Virus record (IMG/VR): IMGVR_UViG_3300042261_002385
Span: 310,001-374,000 of that record
Length of the DNA stretch: 64,000 nt
Direction: 5' to 3' (one strand)
Made by a program: the position numbers and the translations under genes. The notes beneath the pieces were generated by a model. It searched no databases. It was not told where the DNA came from and worked only from the letters and a program-made list of their open reading frames with translations. This document shows positions 1 through 8,975 of this stretch, piece by piece (position 1 is the first letter of the stretch; each line of letters begins with the position of its first letter).

Positions 1-815
1 CTTCTTATTAGCTTTTCTTCCCAATCTACAACATTGTCCATAAAGTCTTCATACTGTTCTTCACTACAATATCCCATAGCTGGTTCTACTACTGCTCTAT
101 TATACCAACTTCTATCAAAGAAAACAATTTCGCCAGATTTCGGTAAATGTTTTTCATATCTTTTGAACCAATTATTTTTTTCTTCTTCAGTTGGAACCCC
201 AAGAGCGACAACTCTAAAACCATTTGGATTGAGATACTCAACAAACCTTTTTATTGTCGAACCTTTACCAGCAGCATCTCTACCCTCAAAAACTATCGCT
301 ACCTTTTGACCGGTTTTTTTAACCCATTCTTGTAGTTTTAGTAATTCAACTTGTAGCTGATATTTCTCTGACTCATATTGTCTTCTACCAATTATTGATC
401 CTTCACCTTCAAATTCATCAAAGTGGTCTTCTTTCTTACCCTGTTTGTGTATCTGGTCAATTCTCACACCAATAGAAACGTAGTAATCATCAAAAGCTTC
501 TCTAACTTTTCTTTTAGTATTTCTTTTCTTTAGTTCTAAAAGTTGATTAATTTTACGAAGAAAAGCTTCAATATTCAATTCAGAGACAACTTCTTCAGTA
601 AATTCATTAGTAAGTTCTCTAATAACAACTTTGACATCAATTGAGTCGAAATTCCTATACTCAACTTTGTTTGTTTCAAAATTATATATGATATTGGCTA
701 AGATGTATGTTCTATATTCACCGAGTCTAAATATCAGATTTTGTTTCAAAGTCTCTAATGACTTCTCATCCATATCTTCAATCCAAATCTCCTCTAAAAT
801 CTTTTTATAATTCAT
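1..815 (-). CDS. ppk2: Polyphosphate kinase 2 family protein with ~140-aa N-terminal extension (runs off the left edge; absent from ORF track)
   Basis: Manual translation from ATG at 815 is open to the window edge: MNYKKILEE...LQVELLKLQEWVKKTGQKVAIVFEGRDAAGKGSTIKRF...FDRSWYNRAVVEPAMGYC. The EGRDAAGKG Walker A and DRSWY motifs are PPK2 hallmarks. Confidence 0.93.
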   Translation of the reverse strand, partial: MNYKKILEEIWIEDMDEKSLETLKQNLIFRLGEYRTYILANIIYNFETNKVEYRNFDSIDVKVVIRELTNEFTEEVVSELNIEAFLRKINQLLELKKRNTKRKVREAFDDYYVSIGVRIDQIHKQGKKEDHFDEFEGEGSIIGRRQYESEKYQLQVELLKLQEWVKKTGQKVAIVFEGRDAAGKGSTIKRFVEYLNPNGFRVVALGVPTEEEKNNWFKRYEKHLPKSGEIVFFDRSWYNRAVVEPAMGYCSEEQYEDFMDNVVDWEEKLIR

Positions 816-954
816 AAATAGATAAAAATGTTTATTTATATATTATTTTCAACAGTTGAAAAATGATAATAAAGACATTGACTTATTAATTTTCTGCTAA
901 TTAAAAATTGACCTAAACAAATTATGTCATATCCGATAAAATATAAATGAAACT

Positions 955-1407
955 TTGCGTTTCAATACTAAATTAAACAACGTAATGAACAAAGTAGATA
1001 AATTTCTAGAATTCTTCTTAGAACACATAGATGACCCAAGAATCTCAGTTTTCAAGAAAATGAAATATGGTCACAGATACTACTATATCAATTTTTATGT
1101 TGACGAAGACCCAACTTCTCAGAATAAACAAGCAGGAATTTTTCAATATAGAGACAATATGGAAATTGTCTTTGACAATAGAAATAATTGCATTGAGGTA
1201 TTCGGTGGTGAAGACAGTAACTCACTAATTATTGAGGATTTAGAATTACTTAAAAAGTGGTCTAATATATTAGAAGAAATAGTTTCTAAAAACCTGGAAG
1301 ATAGAGTAATAAATGTTTTTGAAAAAACTTTGAGCGAATGTTTTAATAAAAATCTACATAGAGAATTACAAATGAAAAAAATATTCAAACAAGATGAACG
1401 CTTATAA
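955..1407 (+). CDS. Hypothetical protein
   Basis: 150-aa ORF preceded by an AAC-N16-GATA promoter-like element; overlaps the next gene. The true start may be the ATG near 984. Confidence 0.7.
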   Translation: MRFNTKLNNVMNKVDKFLEFFLEHIDDPRISVFKKMKYGHRYYYINFYVDEDPTSQNKQAGIFQYRDNMEIVFDNRNNCIEVFGGEDSNSLIIEDLELLKKWSNILEEIVSKNLEDRVINVFEKTLSECFNKNLHRELQMKKIFKQDERL

Positions 1408-1888
1408 TCAGGAAGAAATTGATAGAATCAATAAAGTTAAAGATACTAATGATAAATTAGAAGAGTTTTTCAACGATAAAAGAGCAGAGTGGAATAAAAA
1501 TGTTGAGCCACTTTTCAAAATTATTCGTGTAGACTTGACAAATCCAACTTCTGCTAAAGACATTATGGAAGCTCAATCTTTAGCACTTTCCTATAGACAA
1601 GGTATTAACGAACAAATTAATTTCTTCTTAAATAAAAGAAGTAAAGAAACTACTAAAATTAAAAAACTAAGACAAGATAAGTTTATTTTTTACGCAACAG
1701 GATTCGGAGTCAAAACTAATTTAGGGGAAAAAGGAATTCTAATTGACGGACATTTGGCCGAAAATGACAGAAGTTTAGAACTCATCGAATCTTATATTGA
1801 ATTTCTAAGAGACACCGTTAAGAATTTAGAAAGCTTAAGTTACTCAATCAAAAATATGATTGAACTAATGAACTACTTAGGTCGTTAA
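1394..1888 (+). CDS. uvsY: UvsY-like recombination mediator protein
   Basis: Helical 164-aa protein with C-terminus IEFLRDTVKNLESLSYSIKNMIELMNYL resembling T4-like UvsY ends; T4-like replication context. Confidence 0.6.
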   Translation: MNAYNQEEIDRINKVKDTNDKLEEFFNDKRAEWNKNVEPLFKIIRVDLTNPTSAKDIMEAQSLALSYRQGINEQINFFLNKRSKETTKIKKLRQDKFIFYATGFGVKTNLGEKGILIDGHLAENDRSLELIESYIEFLRDTVKNLESLSYSIKNMIELMNYLGR

Positions 1889-3003
1889 TCAATCTTTTTA
1901 TTCCATTTAGTTTCGATTCCCATGTTTCTGAGAACTTGGTGACCACGAGAACAATCCATACATAACTGTTTATCACCATCGTAATCTTTAATAAGAATAT
2001 CACCATCACAGTCTTCACATCTTTCTCTATCACCATAAACACTATGTAAGTAGTAGCAATTTTTGTCAGATAAATTTGACAAACTATCTTTATCTTTACT
2101 TAAAAAACACATCGTATCTACATAAGGATAGTTTCTAAAATCGGCATCTAGTTTTAATTTTACTTCACCAGCGACCTCAGAACCTTTGTAAATAAAAATA
2201 ACATTTTCACCATCATGTGACGATGTTTTCTTTTTATAAAACCAACCTTCGTTATTAGCAAATTCCTTAAATCGATTTACATCTGAGTCACGATTGGTAT
2301 ATACTCTATCCATAAAATACTTAGACTCACAAGGAGACTTCTTTACTTTCCAAACCAAAGCCCTTCCGTGAATCTTATCATCACCATCTACATAAATAAG
2401 TAATTTAACTTTAGTTGGATTTTCTGTGTATATCTTAAATATTTTATTACTTTCTTCTCTCATACAAGAGCTTCCTAAAGTTCCAGTTTTACTGTAGTAT
2501 TTACCCTCATCATAATATTTTGCAATATCTTCTCCAGAAACTAGTTTAAATTGTATTGTAGAAATTTCTGAACTTGCTTTCCATGCATTTACAAAAGATT
2601 CTCTATCTGAATCAGAAATTGAAATATTTTTTAATTGACAAATGTAGTTTACAATTTTTCCGATTTTAACTTCTCCTCTTCCAGGCATAGTAAAAGGATA
2701 GTCTGGATTATCATAAACTTGATCTATTACAGTTTTGACCTTTGATTGATTAATAAAACTTACCATGTCTTCTGAATCAACTAAATCAAAGTAGTTTTGT
2801 TTTACTTTGCTATCTGAAAACCAATGTTGATTTTCAATGACATCTAAAATATGCTCAGCAATTTCAGAAACTTTACCAGATTGTTTAGTCAAAGATTTCA
2901 TCTTCATAATAAAATCAGTGGTAGCATAGATATGACCCTCTAAAAGAGAGAAGATTTCAAATTTTAATCTTTCAAGTAGAAAACCATCGTATCGAGTTAT
3001 CAT
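1885..3003 (-). CDS. Hypothetical protein, paralog of 60212..61669, with CTS-like N-terminus and two CxxC motifs
   Basis: Shares GxLGSSCM, GRALxW, DRxY and YPYxDT motifs with 60212..61669; starts MITRYDGFLLE; TAATATATA upstream. Confidence 0.8.
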   Translation of the reverse strand: MITRYDGFLLERLKFEIFSLLEGHIYATTDFIMKMKSLTKQSGKVSEIAEHILDVIENQHWFSDSKVKQNYFDLVDSEDMVSFINQSKVKTVIDQVYDNPDYPFTMPGRGEVKIGKIVNYICQLKNISISDSDRESFVNAWKASSEISTIQFKLVSGEDIAKYYDEGKYYSKTGTLGSSCMREESNKIFKIYTENPTKVKLLIYVDGDDKIHGRALVWKVKKSPCESKYFMDRVYTNRDSDVNRFKEFANNEGWFYKKKTSSHDGENVIFIYKGSEVAGEVKLKLDADFRNYPYVDTMCFLSKDKDSLSNLSDKNCYYLHSVYGDRERCEDCDGDILIKDYDGDKQLCMDCSRGHQVLRNMGIETKWNKKID

Positions 3004-3031
3004 ATAACCCTATATATTATTTTCAACAAAT

Positions 3032-3391
3032 ATGAAATTCAAATTAAAAGAGGACTGGATACACGAATCAACTTTTTTAGGTAAAACCGTAACAAAAAAG
3101 TTATATGACAAGGGACACATCTTTGAGCCAGAAAATGGAATTTATAAAATCATAGACCATACTGGAGGGATAATAGAATTAGATGAAAATCAAATGAGAA
3201 CTTTACCATCTGATAATTTTGAAGAAGTCATCGAAAAACAAGATGATTTTGAAATTATTATAGAAGAAATCCCAGATGACGATGATATTTTAGTAAGAAA
3301 CTGGAGAATTCAACTAGATGTAAAAACAACTAGAAAGAAACTAAAAGAAGTGCAAAGAATAATAGAAGAATACGTAAAACCAATTTTATAA
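3032..3391 (+). CDS. Hypothetical protein
   Basis: 119-aa ORF, 2 nt from the downstream aminotransferase (operon-like). Confidence 0.7.
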   Translation: MKFKLKEDWIHESTFLGKTVTKKLYDKGHIFEPENGIYKIIDHTGGIIELDENQMRTLPSDNFEEVIEKQDDFEIIIEEIPDDDDILVRNWRIQLDVKTTRKKLKEVQRIIEEYVKPIL

Positions 3392-3393
3392 CA

Positions 3394-4473
3394 ATGAACA
3401 TAAATTTTTCAGAAGTGACATTTTCGTCAATAGTAGAAATCGGAGAACTAGCTCAAAAACTTGAAAAAGAATCAGGTGACAAATACTTGAAACTACATAG
3501 AGGGGTCATGGACGTCACTACAATCGACTTAAATTCTTTTACCAAAGATATAGACTTTAATAGTAAATCTATTCAACAATACGGAGGCAATGACGGGGAT
3601 AACTCATTAATTGAAACGATTAAAGAAAAATTCAACCTAAATGATCACTATGTTATGACTGTTCCAGGTGGAATGGCAACTTTAGATTTAGTAATTAATT
3701 CACTGAGTGATGATACTTTTTGGGTTCCGAAATATCATTGGGGATCTTGGAATAAAATTCTTCAAACTCACAGAAAACAGATTAAAACTTTTGATGACTT
3801 CAATATCAGACAAGCAGAATGTGATGGTGGGGTAGTTATGTTGTGTTACCCTTCAAATCCAACCGGATTCAGTCCTAATTTTGAAGATTTAAAATATTTT
3901 GCTGATAAATGTAAAGAAAAAGAACAAACTTTAATCTTAGATTTACCATACTATTATCTTTTCAATGAAATGTCTGATAAAATCTATCAACTCTATTCCG
4001 ATAATGTAATCATATTATCATCTTTTTCTAAATCAGTTGGTTTGTCTGGATTAAGAATCGGATATATTGCCACTAAAAATCAAGAACTTTATAAAACCAT
4101 GAGAGTTAGGTCACTTTACAAATATAACTCTATATCCACTGTTCCTCAACAAATAATTAGTCAATTGTTTACTTCAAATAAAGGAAGAACGGCTTTTGAA
4201 AACTACAGAAGAAAAACACAAGCTCATATTAGAAAAAACATTGACTACTTAGCAAAAAGAGGTTTCCTATTTAGTGAATACACTTCAATTCCAACGGGAC
4301 CTTTTGCTATTATCAACAAAAACTTTGACGAACTTCTAAAAAACAGAATTACTAGCGTTCCACTTAATAAATTCACTTATAAAGATAGTGATGAAAATCT
4401 TAAAAACTATTCTAGAATTTCAGTATCAGTTGATAGTGATTTATTTCAAGAATATTTCGATAAACTTAAGTGA
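3394..4473 (+). CDS. PLP-dependent aminotransferase, class I/II fold
   Basis: PSNPTG, D-x-x-Y and SFSKSVGLSGLRIGY (PLP-binding lysine) motifs; C-terminal RIS. Confidence 0.88.
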   Translation: MNINFSEVTFSSIVEIGELAQKLEKESGDKYLKLHRGVMDVTTIDLNSFTKDIDFNSKSIQQYGGNDGDNSLIETIKEKFNLNDHYVMTVPGGMATLDLVINSLSDDTFWVPKYHWGSWNKILQTHRKQIKTFDDFNIRQAECDGGVVMLCYPSNPTGFSPNFEDLKYFADKCKEKEQTLILDLPYYYLFNEMSDKIYQLYSDNVIILSSFSKSVGLSGLRIGYIATKNQELYKTMRVRSLYKYNSISTVPQQIISQLFTSNKGRTAFENYRRKTQAHIRKNIDYLAKRGFLFSEYTSIPTGPFAIINKNFDELLKNRITSVPLNKFTYKDSDENLKNYSRISVSVDSDLFQEYFDKLK

Positions 4474-5178
4474 TTACTTTTTTCTCTTTTTCTTTCTAGC
4501 TTTAGCTTCTTTAGCTTTTGCCCATAGAGCAGCATCTGCTTTTCTAGCACCACCAGCACCAGTGATAAATGAATTTACTCGACCCATACCCCATTGGTGT
4601 TGAGCAACACCAGGTCTATGTCCCGCGTTCCAAGCCTGCATACCTTTAGCAAAAACTTTTCTTAGAATACCCATTGGAATTCCAGATGCTTTCGACTTTT
4701 TCTTTAATGACTTAGTTACTCCTGATTTTTTAGACTCCTCTAAAGAGTCAAGCTCAGTTGATGTAAACTGTTGATTCTTTCTAAGGCTATCTATAATTTG
4801 TCTTACCACAAAGATATCTAAATCCAACTCAATTGAAATTTGTTCTTCAGTTAGTCCCATTTCTAAAAGTTCAGATACATCTTCCATATCAGCATGTGTG
4901 AAGTCCTCAAAACTATAGTTTTCATAGTATTCATCACCTTCCTCTTCCTCTCTTGGATTATATGGACCACCTATAAAGTGCTCACCGGTTGATGATTCCC
5001 TATCTAATTCACCTTGCCATTCTTCAGTTTCTAAAGAATGATATAGTTCTTCTAACTCATCATCAGTCATTACTTCTAACTCATCTAATTCAAAAGTAGA
5101 AGTATTATAAAGAGTCTCAATCATCTCTTGTCTGTTTGATGGCTCTCTGAAGCTTTCGTATGTTCTAAGGTATTTCAT
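4474..5178 (-). CDS. Conserved viral protein (DUF5824-like C-terminal domain) with CTS-like N-terminus
   Basis: LKKKSKASGIPMGILRKVFAKGMQAWNAGHRPGVAQHQWGMGRVNSFITG matches a domain I recognise from T4-like phages and large DNA viruses; starts MKYLRTYESF. Confidence 0.65.
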   Translation of the reverse strand: MKYLRTYESFREPSNRQEMIETLYNTSTFELDELEVMTDDELEELYHSLETEEWQGELDRESSTGEHFIGGPYNPREEEEGDEYYENYSFEDFTHADMEDVSELLEMGLTEEQISIELDLDIFVVRQIIDSLRKNQQFTSTELDSLEESKKSGVTKSLKKKSKASGIPMGILRKVFAKGMQAWNAGHRPGVAQHQWGMGRVNSFITGAGGARKADAALWAKAKEAKARKKKRKK

Positions 5179-5186
5179 GTTTTAAT

Positions 5187-5738
5187 TTATTTTTCTTTGT
5201 CTCCAAACATTCTTTGGTAGGCTTTAGTAGCGGCTGATTTTTTTGTTTTTACTCTTTTACCTTGACCACCTTTACCAGATGAGTAATCAGCATCCCAATC
5301 TTTTTTATATTCCTTTTTACCTCTAAAGGTATCAATCTCTTTTTTCATCTTACCAGGATTTTTAGTTAAGTATTTTCCAGGAATTTTACGACCCTTATAT
5401 CTTTGAGCTTTGACTCTTTCAGAAATTCCTAAAATTCCTAAAATATCCTTTTCAATCATATCTAAACCTTCATCTATAGATTCAACGTTAGCTTGAAAAT
5501 CAGGGGAGTCACCGGCAAACTTGGCAATTGACATATTATCGATATCAAATTCATATCGAATTGCTAAATCACCTCTTGTAAAATTTATTACAATCTCATG
5601 GTCTGATTTATTCTCCCACTCGTAAATTAAACTGTTATCAGACATTCCATCTATTAGGTCTTTCAATTCTTGCATCTTAGCATCAATCACATTATCGTGA
5701 TTTTCTATGAACTCTCTAAATAATTTGATAATTCTCAT
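5187..5738 (-). CDS. Hypothetical protein with CTS-like N-terminus and basic C-terminal KTKKSAATKAYQRMFG motif (start reassigned to 5738)
   Basis: ATG 5738 (MRIIKLFREFIE) lies 5 nt from a TAATATATA element; the track start at 5774 is upstream of the promoter. Confidence 0.72.
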   Translation of the reverse strand: MRIIKLFREFIENHDNVIDAKMQELKDLIDGMSDNSLIYEWENKSDHEIVINFTRGDLAIRYEFDIDNMSIAKFAGDSPDFQANVESIDEGLDMIEKDILGILGISERVKAQRYKGRKIPGKYLTKNPGKMKKEIDTFRGKKEYKKDWDADYSSGKGGQGKRVKTKKSAATKAYQRMFGDKEK

Positions 5739-5802
5739 ATGGCTATATATTAAATCTAAATTGTGATAAAACAAAATTCTAATTTTGTAATATCATGAAA
5801 GT

Positions 5803-6576
5803 ATGGCTAATAAAATCAAATTTCAAATAAAACCTGATAAAATATCTCAATTTATTGAGACTTTAGAAGAATTGACCAGAATCGAAGATACAATTAAATT
5901 AAAAATTGACTCTGATAATATTCTTATGTATTCAATTTTAGGAGGAAACGTAATGTTAGCTTTCAAAAACTATCTAATCAACACCTCTGATTATTTTGTA
6001 GGCAATGAGTTCGACTTTACTCTTGATGTAATTATTGCAAATGCTAAAAAATTCGTAAAGAATTTAAACTTTTTAATGTCATCTGACAAAGTCACCATCG
6101 AATTCTCTTACAAAGAATCACCAGATGATGATGAAATTATGCATGCTCGTTCTATACAGGTTGTTGGTGGTAAACTTAAAGTCAATTGGTTAGCAGGTGA
6201 ACACTATCAACTTAGAGATATTAATAAAGTAGCACTAAAGAACAATTTGAATATTAAAAATAGAAAGTGGTCATTTAAAATTTCTCAATCAGATTTCTCA
6301 GATGTAAAAAAACTTTCAAATATTAATTCAGATAGAATTATAAATATCACTATAGATTCAGGAAAAGTCTTATTTTCTGAAAAGGCAGCTTGGGAATTGG
6401 AAATAGATTCCATAGAAGATGATAGAAATTCTAATCTAATGTTAAATAAGAAATTTTTAAGTTGTATAAGAGATGATAAAGATGTTGAATTTAGTATTTT
6501 TGACAATTTTATGTTAATTCAAGAAACTAACTCAAATTTAATGTTATCTTTTGAGCAAGATTTCTCCGATGATTAA
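5803..6576 (+). CDS. DNA polymerase sliding clamp (gp45/PCNA-like)
   Basis: 257 aa with a two-domain alternating beta/alpha pattern (F..I..L..I.DTIKLKID; F.ISQSDF..VKKL...I.ITID); located near the polymerase gene. Confidence 0.6.
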   Translation: MANKIKFQIKPDKISQFIETLEELTRIEDTIKLKIDSDNILMYSILGGNVMLAFKNYLINTSDYFVGNEFDFTLDVIIANAKKFVKNLNFLMSSDKVTIEFSYKESPDDDEIMHARSIQVVGGKLKVNWLAGEHYQLRDINKVALKNNLNIKNRKWSFKISQSDFSDVKKLSNINSDRIINITIDSGKVLFSEKAAWELEIDSIEDDRNSNLMLNKKFLSCIRDDKDVEFSIFDNFMLIQETNSNLMLSFEQDFSDD

Positions 6577-6599
6577 ATTTAAATCCATAAATTTGATGT

Positions 6600-6959
6600 A
6601 TGATAAAAAATAAAGAACGTATTCGTATTGCTAGACTTAGAAAAATGTTAGCATTTTCATTAGTGTGTTTGTTTTTTTCCCTTTATTGGGTTAGAATGAA
6701 ATATATGGATGAAGAATTTGCCGATTTTCAAGTAGAGAGTTATCATCAAGAAATAATTAATCTTGAAACAGAGAATAAGAGATTGCAATTTTTAGTAGAT
6801 TCAATCTCAAAATCAAAAGTCACAAATATTGAAAAAACAAAATCTAAAATTTTAATAAATACTAAACAAGTAGTAAAAACAACAGACACTACTTTGCCAA
6901 AAATAATTGAAGAACCTACAGATAATACTGAAGAGCCTACAGATACTCTAAATCGATAA
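6600..6959 (+). CDS. Single-pass membrane protein with coiled coil
   Basis: Hydrophobic MLAFSLVCLFFSLYWV followed by heptad EIINLETENKRLQFLVDSI; TAAATTTG 4 nt upstream. Confidence 0.65.
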   Translation: MIKNKERIRIARLRKMLAFSLVCLFFSLYWVRMKYMDEEFADFQVESYHQEIINLETENKRLQFLVDSISKSKVTNIEKTKSKILINTKQVVKTTDTTLPKIIEEPTDNTEEPTDTLNR

Positions 6960-6966
6960 CCATATA

Positions 6967-7506
6967 ATGAAGCAAAACAACTTTAGAAAAAGACCAGAAA
7001 TTAAAAGAAAACACAAAATTAATTCAGAACTTATTTTTCCAGAGGTAAGGTTAATCGGAAGAGGAGAGCCAATTGTTTTATCAATCAGAGAAGCTCAAAA
7101 AATTGCTAACGACGAAGAAAAGGATTTGATTCTTATAAACGAAAATCAAACACCACCTATTGTAAAAATAGAAAACTACAATAAGTTTTTATACGAATTA
7201 GAAAAGGCTGAAAAAGAAAAAAAGAGAAACTCTACTAAATCACAACTTAAAGAGATACAACTAAGTGTCAACATTTCTGACCATGATTTAGAAACTAAAT
7301 CAAAAAAAGGTAGAGAGTTTCTTAAAGATGGAGATAAAGTTAAAGTTGTAATATCACTCAAAGGTAGACAAAAAGCTAGTCCTGAAAGAGGAGAGCTTGT
7401 TATGTTAAAATTTGCACAATCAGTTGAAGAATTCGGAATACCAGAATCTTTACCAAAGTTAGAAAGTGGCAAATGGTTAATGATGATAAAGACTAAAAAG
7501 AAATAA
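6967..7506 (+). CDS. infC: Translation initiation factor IF-3
   Basis: INSELIFPEVRLI...PPIVKI..Y.KFLYE..K..K, KEIQL...I..HD...K.K....FL..GDKVKV...KGR: full-length IF3 N and C domains. Confidence 0.95.
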   Translation: MKQNNFRKRPEIKRKHKINSELIFPEVRLIGRGEPIVLSIREAQKIANDEEKDLILINENQTPPIVKIENYNKFLYELEKAEKEKKRNSTKSQLKEIQLSVNISDHDLETKSKKGREFLKDGDKVKVVISLKGRQKASPERGELVMLKFAQSVEEFGIPESLPKLESGKWLMMIKTKKK

Positions 7507-7508
7507 CA

Positions 7509-7536
7509 TAAACTTTTGTCATTAAAAGTCATAAAA
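7509..7536 (+). promoter_or_regulatory. Bipartite promoter (T/G/A)AAAC-N16-nATA (exemplar of 10 copies)
   Basis: TAAAC-ttttgtcattaaaagt-CATAAAA, 5 nt before the polB ATG; identical 16-nt spacing at nine other replication or metabolic loci. Confidence 0.72.
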
Positions 7537-7541
7537 TCTTT

Positions 7542-8975
7542 ATGACTAAAGAAGAAAAAATCAAAAAAGTAGAACTTCTTAAAAGAAAGGCTTCTGATTT
7601 AAAAAAAGAAGTTGATTATTACAACGCTCTTCAATTAGCGCTCAAATTAGTTCTAAATGGATCTTATGGAGCATTCGCTACCTCTTACTTTATTCTATAT
7701 AACAATCACGTTGCTGGAACCATTACCGCACAGGGTAGAGACTTAACCAGAACAATGGATAAAGTAAATGAAGACTACTGGTATAATCAATGGCACTTAG
7801 ACCACGAATTACATTTCAAACTTGGTATAAAAGATGTAACGAAAATAGGTAAAGAAGAGCCTGTATCAATATATGCAGATACCGATTCACTCTTCGTTTC
7901 ATTCAAACCCGCTATTGATCATTGTGTTTGGAAAAATCTTATTTTTGAAAAAAGTTATCTAAATTCATTAGATAAAAAATTTATTATACTTTCATCAGAA
8001 GACATTATCTGTAAAAACGATAATTGTATTGGAATAGCAAACGATATACACACATTAAAAAATCTAATCACACAAGACTACGAACTACTACTGTTTGATG
8101 GAAATTTTGTAAAAGATAGGTCACTAAATAAACTAATTGATGAAGGATTTTTTTCATCCGAGATTAGATGGAACTGGTCTAATGAACAAGACTTTATTCA
8201 CGGAGCAGACCACTTTAGATATGGACAATATTTTAAAGATTGTTTAGAAGAATATGCTAATTCTTTTGGTGTAGAAAATAAAGAAGACTTCGAGTTAGAA
8301 AGGATTTCAGAATCCATTATTAACATTGCTAAAAAGAAGTATATCTGTCATATCACATATGAAGATGGAATTCCTTTTGAAAGACTAAGTTATCTTTATC
8401 CTAAAGGAGTGGAATTGGTAAGGTCATCAACTCCAGCCTTTGCTAGAGAAAAAATTGTAAATATTGTAAAATATCTTTTTACAAATCCAGATACTTTTAA
8501 CATCAAAGATTTACTTAAACTAGTAAAACAACTTAGAAAAGAGTTTGAATTAGCAGACATTGATGATATCGCAATGCAATCATCCTGTTCAAACTATGAC
8601 GTAAAAGTCTTAAATGATAAAACACTTCCACTTCAATTTGTTTCCGGAGCACATTTTGCTGTAAAATCAGCTGCTCATTATAACTACTTACTTTCTAAAG
8701 ACAGAGAGATGCAACAAAAGTATGAGTTCATTAAATCAGGAACAAAAATAAAATACTATGTTTGTAAAGACAAATCAATAACTGATATGTTTGCCTACAT
8801 TAGAGGTTCATTTCCACACGAATTTGCACCACAGATCGATTATGATACTCAATTCGAAAAGTCTATCTTGTCTCCGATAAATTCAATTATTGAACCACTT
8901 GGTATGCCTGAGATTACAAAGAGACTATCAGTGGTTATGGATATCTTTTCTGGATTTGGAAAAGGTGGATTTTAA
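7542..8975 (+). CDS. Family-B DNA polymerase, C-terminal subunit of a split enzyme (fingers/palm/thumb)
   Basis: Motif B LALKLVLNGSYGAF, motif C YADTDS, KKKY, KGVELVRSS; no exonuclease domain or motif A; own promoter and start. Confidence 0.9.
   Translation: MTKEEKIKKVELLKRKASDLKKEVDYYNALQLALKLVLNGSYGAFATSYFILYNNHVAGTITAQGRDLTRTMDKVNEDYWYNQWHLDHELHFKLGIKDVTKIGKEEPVSIYADTDSLFVSFKPAIDHCVWKNLIFEKSYLNSLDKKFIILSSEDIICKNDNCIGIANDIHTLKNLITQDYELLLFDGNFVKDRSLNKLIDEGFFSSEIRWNWSNEQDFIHGADHFRYGQYFKDCLEEYANSFGVENKEDFELERISESIINIAKKKYICHITYEDGIPFERLSYLYPKGVELVRSSTPAFAREKIVNIVKYLFTNPDTFNIKDLLKLVKQLRKEFELADIDDIAMQSSCSNYDVKVLNDKTLPLQFVSGAHFAVKSAAHYNYLLSKDREMQQKYEFIKSGTKIKYYVCKDKSITDMFAYIRGSFPHEFAPQIDYDTQFEKSILSPINSIIEPLGMPEITKRLSVVMDIFSGFGKGGF

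Noticed and set aside
7920-8180. Mini-intein in the polymerase insertion
   Set aside because: It starts with Cys but has no TxxH block B or terminal His-Asn followed by Cys/Ser/Thr; treated as a simple insertion.
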